64,000 nucleotides of DNA from Rickettsiales bacterium (GTDB lineage: Bacteria > Pseudomonadota > Alphaproteobacteria > UBA8366). The stretch's first letter is position 1. Each line of letters opens with the position of its first letter. The translations under genes were made by a program, and so were the position numbers. The notes under the pieces are model-generated. The model saw only the letters and a list, made by a program, of their open reading frames with translations, had not been told where the DNA came from and ran no database searches. The DNA lies in contig JAYPOZ010000005.1 in the NCBI GenBank assembly GCA_038131165.1, positions 14,114-78,113 of the forward strand, given 5' to 3'. Below are positions 20,040-28,497 of this stretch, one piece after another.

Positions 20040-20738
20040 ATGGCCGAGAAATTTCATCTGATCAGTTCCGTTACCTGACCCTGGGTCCAGCGCGCCGTGA
20101 TCGTGCTGCGTACCAAGGAAGTCGATTTCGACGTTACCTACATCAATCTGCAGGAAAAGCCGGATTGGTTTCTCAAGATCTCGCCGCACGGCAAGGTGCC
20201 GGTGCTGAATGTCGACGGCCAGCCGCTGTTCGAATCCAACGCCATCGCCGAGTATCTCGACGAGGTCGTCGAGCCGCGCCTGCATCCGGAAGACCCGATC
20301 AAGCGCGCGCGCAACCGGGCTTGGACGGATTTCGTGCCCGATTTTTCGAAAGGGCTGAGCGCCGCTTACCGGCGCGAGACCCTGGCGGAAATGGAAGCAG
20401 GCCGCGAAGACGCGCTTAAGGTTCTCGGCAAGCTCGAGGAGGCGATCAAGACCGAGCGCGGCAACGACGGACCGTTCTTCAACGGCGACAAGATTAGCCT
20501 GGTCGATGCGGCCTATGCGCCGTTCTTCCAGCGCTTCATGATCGCCGAGGAGAAGTTGCAGACCGGGTTGCTCGACGGATTTCCGCTGGTGAAGGCCTGG
20601 TGCGGAGCCTTGCTCGCGTCGGAATTGGTCACCGGTTCGGTCGCCGATAGTTTCGTGCCGGACTTCAAGGCGGCGATGAAACGTTACGGGTATCACATCG
20701 GCACCCTGTTCGAGCAGGAAGCCGCCGCGGCGGAATAG
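20040..20738 (+). CDS. glutathione S-transferase family protein, probable selenoprotein (Sec13, UGA 20076-20078)
   Basis: ATG 20040 after AGGGAGA reads MAEKFHLISSVT-UGA-PWVQRAVIVL in frame with track ORF 20097..20738; UGA occupies the Cys of the CP[FYW]xxR GST motif; SPHGKVPVL and FESNAIAEYLDE present. Confidence 0.85.
20080..20118 (+). promoter_or_regulatory. putative bacterial SECIS hairpin of the GST gene
   Basis: CAGCGCG (20088-20094) pairs with CGTGCTG (20102-20108) around loop CCGTGAT; lower stem CCTGGGT/ACCAAGG immediately 3' of the UGA. Confidence 0.55.
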
Positions 20739-20747
20739 CAGGCGTTC

Positions 20748-20792
20748 CTCATTCCCCAACCCGCTCCCCCGACGGGAGAGGGTTGGGGTGAG
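20748..20792. repeat. REP-like GC-rich hairpin between convergent genes (may act as terminator)
   Basis: CTCA..CCCCAACCC-G-CTCCC / GGGAG-A-GGGTTGGGG-TGAG; same family as 55605 and 57703. Confidence 0.7.
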
Positions 20793-20797
20793 AGTTT

Positions 20798-21349
20798 CTA
20801 GCTTATCTGCTTCGACCAGGCCGCCAAAGACGCCAGGAGGGCGGTCAGGCGTTCCCCGGTGTCGCTGTCCGTCAGTTTGCCCGAGTCGTCGAACAGCTTG
20901 CCGGCGCCGGGCAGGAACAACTCCGGCTTGTTGATCGGCCGCATGTCGAGGAACACCATCACCTGGCGCAGATGATATTGCGCCCGCATGGTGCCGGAGG
21001 TGCCGCCCGAACAGCCGAGCATTGCGACCGGCTTGCCGGTGAAGGGATGATCCGGCGGACGCGAAACCCAGTCGACGGCGTTCTTCAGCACGCCCGGGAT
21101 CGAATAATTGTACTCCGGCGTGGCGAACAGCAGCGCATCCGCCGACTTGATCTGGGTCCGAAGGGTTTCGACGGAGGCCGGAAATCCCTTTTGATAGATG
21201 TCGTCGTCGTAGACCGGAATACCGGAGATATCGGCGATCTCCACCGTGACCCCGTCCGGCGCGTGTTCCGCGGCGGCGCGGAGTGCCGCCATGTTGAGCG
21301 ACGCTTTTCGCAGGCTGCCGCAAATACCCAAGATTTTAGTGTCCGCCAT
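20798..21349 (-). CDS. NADPH-dependent FMN reductase (ChrR/SsuE-like flavodoxin fold)
   Basis: GSLRKASLN, ATPEYNYSIPGVLKNAVDWVSR, RAQYHLRQ. Confidence 0.92.
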   Translation of the reverse strand: MADTKILGICGSLRKASLNMAALRAAAEHAPDGVTVEIADISGIPVYDDDIYQKGFPASVETLRTQIKSADALLFATPEYNYSIPGVLKNAVDWVSRPPDHPFTGKPVAMLGCSGGTSGTMRAQYHLRQVMVFLDMRPINKPELFLPGAGKLFDDSGKLTDSDTGERLTALLASLAAWSKQIS

Positions 21350-21469
21350 ACGCGTGTCTCCCGTGCATGAGAATGTGTTGCCGAGACTCTAATCAGGTGG
21401 AAGCTGCATGGACAGTACCGGTCTTGCGAGATTTAATGGGAAAAATCACATTCATCGGGAGCCGCCTAC

Positions 21470-22306
21470 ATGGAAATCGGGGTCTTGTTCTTTGCCACCG
21501 ACTATTCGATCGATATCGCCGAACTCGCCGTCGAACTGGAGCAGCGGGGCTTCACGACCTTGCTGCAGCCGGAACACACGCATATTCCGGCGAGCCGCAA
21601 GACGCCGTGGGCCGGCGCCGGCGACCTGCCGCGCGAATACTACTGCACCTACGACCCCTTCGTGGCCCTTTCGTTTGCGGCGGCAGCGACGAAGACGCTG
21701 AAGATCGGTACCGGCATCTGTCTGGTGCCGCAACGCGATCCCATCGTCACCGCGAAGAACGTGGCCAGTATCGACAAGCTGTCGGGCGGGCGCTTCGTCT
21801 TTGGCATCGGCGGCGGATGGAACGTCGACGAGATGGAGAACCACGGGGTGCGGTACAAGACCCGCTTCAGGCAGATGCGGGAGAATATTCTCGCGATGAA
21901 GCAACTCTGGACCGAGGAGCAGGGCGAATTTCACGGCGAGTTCGTGAATTTCGATCCGGCGTTCTCCGACCCGAAGCCGACGCAGAAACCGCACCCGCCG
22001 ATCCTGCTCGGCGGCGAATCGGACCATACCCTGAAGCGGGTCGTCGAGTATTGCGACGGCTGGTTGCCGCGCGGGCGCGGCGGCTTCGATCCCGTCGAGG
22101 CGAAGCAGCGTCTGACCGCGATGGCCGAGGGAGCGGGCCGGGACCCGGCGTCGCTCTCGCTTACGGTCTTCGGCGCCCCCGCCGACCGGGCCGAGCTCGA
22201 CAAATACCGGGCCGCCGGGATCGACGGCGCCTTGCTGCGGATGCCGACGGAAGACCGCGACAGCTGCATGAAGTTGCTCGAGGAATTCACGCCGCTGGTC
22301 AACTGA
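21470..22306 (+). CDS. LLM class (probably F420-dependent) oxidoreductase, paralog of 15433..16272
   Basis: PEHTHIPASR, YDPFVAL, DKLSGGRFVFGIGGGWN, PHPPILLGG. Confidence 0.9.
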   Translation: MEIGVLFFATDYSIDIAELAVELEQRGFTTLLQPEHTHIPASRKTPWAGAGDLPREYYCTYDPFVALSFAAAATKTLKIGTGICLVPQRDPIVTAKNVASIDKLSGGRFVFGIGGGWNVDEMENHGVRYKTRFRQMRENILAMKQLWTEEQGEFHGEFVNFDPAFSDPKPTQKPHPPILLGGESDHTLKRVVEYCDGWLPRGRGGFDPVEAKQRLTAMAEGAGRDPASLSLTVFGAPADRAELDKYRAAGIDGALLRMPTEDRDSCMKLLEEFTPLVN

Positions 22307-22316
22307 GGTTAGAGTC

Positions 22317-23018
22317 ATGGCAGACGCCGCGCAGCTGGATCGAAGCTATCATTTCATTCTCGGATTCATCGTCGAGAATGGAGTGGCCCCGCATTACACC
22401 GAGCTGGCGCGGGAATTCGGGGTCTCTCCCGCCGAAGGGCGTGAACTGCTGCATGAGCTCATGTCGCAGGCCCTGCCCAACTGGCTTCATCCCGGAACCG
22501 ACCTGATCGCCTCCTTCGCGCCTTTCAACAACCTGCCGACGCATTATCGGGTCACCGTCGACGGGGAGCGGAAATGGTATGCGCAATGCGGTCTCGAGGC
22601 GACCGCGATTTCCTGGCTGTTTCCGGGCAAGACCGTGGAGATCGAAGCGCCATGCCTGCAGTCGGGCGCCGAAATGCGGGTCGTCTTCCGGGACGGCGTG
22701 CTGGAGGATACGGCGCCGGAAGGCATCCATTTCTACGTCACCCAGCCGATCAAAAAGTGGCATAACGATATGCCGTTTGCCTGAGCGAACATGAACCTCT
22801 TTCGGTCGAAAGAGGATGCCTTGAAGTGGTCGGGGTTCGTTGCGGGAACGGAGGCCGGCGTGCTGAGCCTGGCGCAGGCGGCCGCGGTGATGAGCACGCC
22901 GCGTCACAGCGCGCGGCTCAACGGCAGCTACGTCTCGTCGCGCCCGGACTTCACGCCGCGCTTCGTCGAAAAGCTGATGGAGGTCACCGGCGGTTCGCAA
23001 TATTGGGACCCGCGCTGA
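22317..23018 (+). CDS. MerB (organomercurial lyase)-like protein, probable selenoprotein (Sec156, UGA 22782-22784)
   Basis: Track ORFs 22317..22784 and 22791..23018 are in the same frame (TGA GCG AAC ATG); motifs WYAQCGLEA, APCLQSG and FA-U-ANMNLFRS parallel MerB WCALD, HCAATG and FCCHVHFFAS; SECIS-like hairpin follows. Confidence 0.82.
22796..22815 (+). promoter_or_regulatory. putative bacterial SECIS hairpin of the MerB-like gene
   Basis: CCTCTTTC-GGTC-GAAAGAGG, a perfect 8-bp stem with GGUC loop beginning 11 nt after the UGA. Confidence 0.75.
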
Positions 23019-23033
23019 ACGGGTTCCGCCAGT

Positions 23034-23087
23034 TTCCTTCCAGGATACGAACTTCACGAAGTTCTTAATTTCGTATCCTGGAAGGAA
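23034..23087. repeat. 18-bp perfect inverted repeat with nested alternative hairpin
   Basis: TTCCTTCCAGGATACGAA (23034-23051) / TTCGTATCCTGGAAGGAA (23070-23087); inner GAACTTC-AC-GAAGTTC. Confidence 0.8.
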
Positions 23088-23104
23088 TTTAAGGGAGAGG
23101 GGCC

Positions 23105-24553
23105 ATGGCGATCACGCATTTTTCAAAGGTGGACTGGATCGTCGTTTGGGACGAGGGCCGACAGGGCCATGCGTATCTGACGGGCGGCGATCTCGTCTTC
23201 GAGGGCAACACGGTCACCCATGTCGGCGCCGGCTACGACGGCCCCGCCGACACCGTGATCGCCGGCGCCGGGCTGTGCCTCCTGCCGGGTTTCGTCGACA
23301 TTCACGCGCACCCGGCGACCGAGGTATTCTACCGCGGACTGCGCGAGGATCACAGCGTTCCCGAACATTACATGAGCGGTTTGTACGAGCGGTCCTGCGC
23401 CTATTCGGCGCATATCGACCGGGACCTGCTGCCTTACGGAGCGGAGGTTTCCTATGCGGAACTGATGCTGAGCGGCGTGACCACGCTGGTCGACATCACG
23501 GCCCCCTATCCGGGCTGGATCGACGTGATGGCGCGCTCCGGCCTTCGGATGTACGCGGCGCCCACCTTCGAGACCTCGCGCTGGACCCGCGACAACGTCC
23601 ATCAGCTGAAATTCATCGAGGACGTGCAAAAAGGCGAGCAGGGATTTGCCGCCGCGCTGGAGGTGATCGACGCGGCGCGCGCGCACCCGAGCGGCCGTCT
23701 CGACGGGATCGTCTCGCCGTCGACCATCGACAAGGTGACGCCTGACCTGCTGGTCGCCAGCCATGCGGAGGCGAAGAAGCGCGGACTGCCCTGGACGACC
23801 CACACCAGCCAATCGGTGCTGGAATTCAATATCATGGTGGAGCGCCACGGGATGACGCCGATCCAGTTCCTCGCCGAGCGCGGCCTGCTCGGCAAAGGGA
23901 CGATCCTCGGCCATGCGATTCTGCCGGACGACAGTTCCTGGATCGGCTGGCACAGCCGCACCGATGTGGCATTGCTCGGCGACAGCGGCACCGCCGTGGC
24001 GCATTGCCCGACCCCGTTCATGCGGTACGGCACGGTCATGGAAAGCTTCGGTCGCTATCGCGACGCCGGCGTTGTGCTCGGCATCGGCACCGACACGATC
24101 CCCCATAATTTCATCGAAGACATGCGCTCGGCGGCGATCCTGGGCCGGGTCGCGGCGCACAGCGGGAAAACAGCCTCGACAGGCGATGTGTTTCATGCCG
24201 GCACGGCGGGCGGCGCCAAGGCCTTGATGCGCGACGATATCGGCCGCCTCGCGGTCGGATCGAAAGCCGATATCGTGGTCGTGGACTGCACCCACCCGAT
24301 GATGCTGCCGTCGCGCGATCCGCTGGCCTGCCTGATCCATTCGGCCGCCGACCGCGCGGTCAAGGACGTGTATATCGACGGCCGGCAGGTGGTGAAGGAC
24401 CGACAGGTGCTGACGCTCGACCGTCAGGCGGCGGCGGAGCGCATTGTCGCGGGACAGGTGCGGATGGAGGCGGCGGTTGCGGGAACCGATTTCTTGGGGC
24501 GCTCAAGCCGAGAGATCGCGCCGCTGTCGCTGCCGCCGGCGGGCGTAGGCTAG
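23105..24553 (+). CDS. metal-dependent amidohydrolase (AtzA/SsnA-like deaminase/chlorohydrolase)
   Basis: PGFVDIHAH, TTHTSQS, ILGH, VAHCP, GIGTD, GSKADIV. Confidence 0.9.
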   Translation: MAITHFSKVDWIVVWDEGRQGHAYLTGGDLVFEGNTVTHVGAGYDGPADTVIAGAGLCLLPGFVDIHAHPATEVFYRGLREDHSVPEHYMSGLYERSCAYSAHIDRDLLPYGAEVSYAELMLSGVTTLVDITAPYPGWIDVMARSGLRMYAAPTFETSRWTRDNVHQLKFIEDVQKGEQGFAAALEVIDAARAHPSGRLDGIVSPSTIDKVTPDLLVASHAEAKKRGLPWTTHTSQSVLEFNIMVERHGMTPIQFLAERGLLGKGTILGHAILPDDSSWIGWHSRTDVALLGDSGTAVAHCPTPFMRYGTVMESFGRYRDAGVVLGIGTDTIPHNFIEDMRSAAILGRVAAHSGKTASTGDVFHAGTAGGAKALMRDDIGRLAVGSKADIVVVDCTHPMMLPSRDPLACLIHSAADRAVKDVYIDGRQVVKDRQVLTLDRQAAAERIVAGQVRMEAAVAGTDFLGRSSREIAPLSLPPAGVG

Positions 24554-24625
24554 GGTTATCACCTATTTCTCGGCTCGACCGGCGCTGCTAACACCTTCGG
24601 CGCGCCGTCGCGATAGGAAGAAGCG

Positions 24626-25888
24626 ATGAATGAATTCCCGAACGGAGAGAGCGAAAGCGAGCGGATGAAGCTCCGCGCCGAGAACGCCGAACTGCGCCAG
24701 CGGATTGCCGATCTGGAAGCGCGTTTGGCGTCGTCGTCGGCGAGCCGGGAGAGCGGGGAGGAGAGCGCACAGAAACAGCTCGCCTTTCTGCAGACGCTGA
24801 TCGATGTGGTGCCGGTGCCGATTTTCTATAAGGACGCGACCCATCGCTATCTGGGCTGCAACTCCGCTTTCGAGGTTTTCCTGGGCCGCAGCAAGGCGGA
24901 GATTGTCTACCATGGTGTCGAGGATGTTGCCCCCGGCGATTTGGCGGCGGTCTACCGGGCGGCGGATACGGCGTTGCTGGAGCGCGGCGGCACGCAGGTT
25001 TACGAAACGCAGGTCAGCGATGCCAATGGCGAGCGGCGCGACGTGGTCTTTCACAAGGCCGTTTTCGACGGCGAAGATGGGCGCTCGGCCGGCTTGATCG
25101 GCATCATTCTGGACATTACCGATCACAAACGCTTCGAGCGCGAGCTCAAGCTTTCGAAAGAGCGGGTTGAGTTCGCCAATCGCAGCATGACCGAGTTTCT
25201 CGCCAATATGAGCCACGAGTTGCGCACGCCGCTGAATTCCATCATCGGGTTTTCGGACGTAATGAGGACCGAGACTTTCGGTCCGATCGCGCAGCCGCAG
25301 TATCGCGAGTATGTCGGCAATATTCACGCGTCGGGCACTCATCTTTTGGCATTGATCAGTGAAATTCTGGACGTCTCGAAGATCGAAGCCGGAGAACTCG
25401 TGTTGGATGTCGGCCCGGTCGATGTGCCGCAATTGGCGGTATTCTGTCTCGATATGGTGCGGGAGCGGGCCGAGCGGGCGGAATTGCAGGTGACTTCGGA
25501 AATCGATCCGGTGCTTCAAACGATTCAGGCCGACGGGCTGAGGGTGAAGCAGATTTTGCTCAATCTCCTTTCGAACGCCATTAAGTTTACGCCCGGTGGC
25601 GGCGCGGTCGTCCTGCGGATCGAGCCGGAGCAAGGCAATCGCATCCGCTTCACGGTCAGCGACAGCGGCATCGGCATTCCCGAAGACGAGCTGGCGCGCG
25701 TGGTGCAACCCTTCGTGCAAGGATCGACGAATCCGTCGCATCGCCAGATGGGCAGCGGTCTCGGGCTTAGCCTCGCGCGGTCGCTGAGCGAACTCCACGG
25801 CGGCACGTTGGAAATCGACAGTACCGTTGGCGAAGGCACAAAGGTCACGGTTCGACTGCCGCGCGATCAGCGCTCTGCGCGCGGCTGA
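24626..25888 (+). CDS. soluble PAS-domain sensor histidine kinase
   Basis: Coiled coil, PAS (PIFYKD...YLGCN), FLANMSHELRTPL, NLLSNAIKFT, DSGIGI, GSGLGL. Confidence 0.93.
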   Translation: MNEFPNGESESERMKLRAENAELRQRIADLEARLASSSASRESGEESAQKQLAFLQTLIDVVPVPIFYKDATHRYLGCNSAFEVFLGRSKAEIVYHGVEDVAPGDLAAVYRAADTALLERGGTQVYETQVSDANGERRDVVFHKAVFDGEDGRSAGLIGIILDITDHKRFERELKLSKERVEFANRSMTEFLANMSHELRTPLNSIIGFSDVMRTETFGPIAQPQYREYVGNIHASGTHLLALISEILDVSKIEAGELVLDVGPVDVPQLAVFCLDMVRERAERAELQVTSEIDPVLQTIQADGLRVKQILLNLLSNAIKFTPGGGAVVLRIEPEQGNRIRFTVSDSGIGIPEDELARVVQPFVQGSTNPSHRQMGSGLGLSLARSLSELHGGTLEIDSTVGEGTKVTVRLPRDQRSARG

Positions 25889-25996
25889 GAAGGTGCGCGC
25901 GCGCTAGATTGGCGCCGGCCTCCCCGTCGCCCTAGATGTCTATCAGGAAGGGGCCGCCATGCGCGGTCTTGTTTGGGCATTTGCAGGAGGGTCGCC

Positions 25997-26374
25997 ATGC
26001 GCGTCGTCACGTTGAAGGATATTCCGGAAATCGATCTTGGAGAGGCCGTGCCGGTCCCTGGTTGGACCGGCGGCGAAGTGCGCCGCTCGCGGCAGAACAT
26101 TATCGAGCCGGGCGACTCCGAGAATTACAATTGCAGCGTCGTCAATTTCACCAAGGGCTCGACCACCGGCTGGCACGTTCACGACTGCGACCAGATCCTC
26201 GTGGTGGTGCATGGCTCGGGGATCGTCGCCACCGAGACGGAAGAGCGCGAGATCAACGTCGGCGACGTCGTTCACGTCAAGGCGGGCGAGAATCACTGGC
26301 ACGGCGCCAAGGCCGATACGGTGATGGGGCATATCACCGTGACCCTGCGCGGCAGCAAAGCCGTCTTCGCCTAA
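25997..26374 (+). CDS. cupin domain protein
   Basis: TGWHVHDCDQILVV...GDVV...ENHWHGA; AGGAGG RBS before ATG 25997. Confidence 0.87.
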   Translation: MRVVTLKDIPEIDLGEAVPVPGWTGGEVRRSRQNIIEPGDSENYNCSVVNFTKGSTTGWHVHDCDQILVVVHGSGIVATETEEREINVGDVVHVKAGENHWHGAKADTVMGHITVTLRGSKAVFA

Positions 26375-26385
26375 GGGCCGCAAGG

Positions 26386-27303
26386 ATGAAAGCCGGCGTC
26401 AATCTGATCAACTTCGGCCCTTCGGCCAATCCCGTGAACCTGCGCCGCTGGGTGCGCGTCGTCGAAGGGTTGGGGTTTCACTCGCTGCTGACCTCGGACC
26501 ATATCGCGGTGACGCCCGATGTCTCTTCGCGCTATCCGGCGCCGCTCTACGAGCCGATCAGCACCCTCGGCTGGCTGGCGGGTATTACCGACAGGATCGA
26601 GATCGGCACCACGGTCATCATCGTGCCGTATCGCAGCCCGCTGGAGACCGCCCGGGCGCTGGCCAATATCGACCAGCTCAGCGGCGGGCGCCTCATCTTC
26701 GGCGTCGGCGTCGGCTGGGCGCAGGAGGAATTCGCGGCACTCGGGCTCGACTACCGCAAGCGCGGCGCGATGACCGACGAGTATCTGGCCGCGATCAAGC
26801 AGTTGTGGACGGAGGACGTAGCCAGCTTCGAGGGCGCCTACGTGCGTTACAGCGGCGTCGATACGGCGCCGCGCCCGGTGCGCCAACCGCACCCGCCGAT
26901 CTGGGTCGGCGGCTCGAGCGACGCCGCGCTGCGCCGCGCCATCCGGCTCGGCGACGCCTGGCACCCGATCCGCATCCGCGAAGAGGGACTGCGCAAGGAG
27001 GGCATTCCCCGACTGCAGGCATTGGCGGCGGAAGAGGGCCTGCCGGTGCCGGCGCTCTGTCCGCGCATCCGGTTGCGCCTGCTGGAGACGCCGGCGGACG
27101 ACGCGACCCGGGTGATGGGCGAAGGCACCGCCGATCAGGTGCACCGCGATCTTGCCGCGCTCGAGGAGATGGGCTGCGCGCATGTCCTGCTGGACACCTA
27201 TTTCGAGGACATCGAAGCGACCCGCAATGTCGAGGCGTCGTGGCGCATGCTGGCGACGGTGGCTGAGCGGATGCTGGACCTCGACGGCGAGTGCGTGCGC
27301 TAG
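26386..27303 (+). CDS. LLM class (probably F420-dependent) oxidoreductase
   Basis: LTSDHIAV, DQLSGGRLIFGVGVGW, PHPPIWVGG; start MKAGVNL. Confidence 0.88.
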   Translation: MKAGVNLINFGPSANPVNLRRWVRVVEGLGFHSLLTSDHIAVTPDVSSRYPAPLYEPISTLGWLAGITDRIEIGTTVIIVPYRSPLETARALANIDQLSGGRLIFGVGVGWAQEEFAALGLDYRKRGAMTDEYLAAIKQLWTEDVASFEGAYVRYSGVDTAPRPVRQPHPPIWVGGSSDAALRRAIRLGDAWHPIRIREEGLRKEGIPRLQALAAEEGLPVPALCPRIRLRLLETPADDATRVMGEGTADQVHRDLAALEEMGCAHVLLDTYFEDIEATRNVEASWRMLATVAERMLDLDGECVR

Positions 27304-28364
27304 GGAAATACCCGTTCGGCGCGGAAGTGATCGAACAGGCGGAAGAACATTTCCTCCGAATCGACGAAGTCCCGGAACCCGTAAAGGCGGGCTTTCGTCG
27401 TCGAGGAGACGATATCCCAATGCGGCGTCCAAAGGTGCTTCCAGTACGACCAGAGCGCCACCTGATCCAGCGGTTGGCGCACCAGACCGTGCTTCTCGAC
27501 GACCCGCTGCCAGACCGGCTCCATATCCGCCATGTGCCGCGCCAAATCGACGGTCTGCACCGGCCCGACCTCCATATCGAAGTAGTCGGCAAATTTCGGC
27601 CACAGATTGGCCCAGCGGAAGGTGTCGCCATTGGTGACGTTGAAGTCCTGGTTGGCGCATTTCGGCTCCGTCGCCATCCAGACGGTCGCCTTGGCGAGAT
27701 GCAGGGCCTCCGTGCACTGATAGAGCGCGTGGTAGTTGCCCTCGGTCCCGGGGAAGCGGAGCGGCAGCCCCAGCTCCTTCGAGATCGCCGCATAGGCGCA
27801 GATCAGGCTGATCATGCTGCGGGTGATGCCCGGCGCGGTATCGCAGAGCCCGGTCGGCCGCGCGGTCGACCAGGACCATGCCTTCCCGGTCTGAAGGGCG
27901 CGGATATAGTCTTCCTGCTGATAGTAGAAACTGGGCTGCAGGGTGCGCGGCGTGTCCTCGCGGGCCGGCGTCGGCGCCGGGCCCAACTGCAACCCGTAAT
28001 TCTTATGGCCGCTGCCGACATGAACATGCTTGAGGCGCGGCGCGATCGGCACCACCGTATCGACGACGTTGCGGAACATCGCGACGTTGGTTTCGATCGG
28101 CTCCGGCTGGCCTTCCGGGTGGTCGAAACGGGCCTCGTAGAAGATATGGGTGACGTCGCTGAGACCGCCGAGCCGCTTGCGGCTGTCCGCCGCGTCCGTC
28201 AGGTCGACCGCGATCCGGGGCACATCGCTGCCGCCGATCGGCTCCCGGCGGGAGAGGCCGACGACCTCCCAATCATCGAGGCCGTGCAGGTATTCGGCGA
28301 GCCGCCGCCCGACGACGCCCGAGGCGCCGACAACCAGCGCTTTCTTGAGTTCCCGATCCGTCAT
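27300..28364 (-). CDS. SDR family oxidoreductase (PRISE / progesterone 5-beta-reductase-like)
   Basis: VGASGVVG, GLSRR, GHKNYG, FYYQQED, LRFPG, FNVTNGD. Confidence 0.85.
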   Translation of the reverse strand: MTDRELKKALVVGASGVVGRRLAEYLHGLDDWEVVGLSRREPIGGSDVPRIAVDLTDAADSRKRLGGLSDVTHIFYEARFDHPEGQPEPIETNVAMFRNVVDTVVPIAPRLKHVHVGSGHKNYGLQLGPAPTPAREDTPRTLQPSFYYQQEDYIRALQTGKAWSWSTARPTGLCDTAPGITRSMISLICAYAAISKELGLPLRFPGTEGNYHALYQCTEALHLAKATVWMATEPKCANQDFNVTNGDTFRWANLWPKFADYFDMEVGPVQTVDLARHMADMEPVWQRVVEKHGLVRQPLDQVALWSYWKHLWTPHWDIVSSTTKARLYGFRDFVDSEEMFFRLFDHFRAERVFP

Positions 28365-28497
28365 GTGCCGCCGATCTCCTCAGATTTGCTTCGGAACTGA
28401 TCTAGTGTGCCGATGCGCGGCGGCGAAACCCAAGGCGGATGGTTGCATTGCGTCACCCGCTTGGTAACGTCGGCGGCGATCATGAGCGGAGGCGGCG

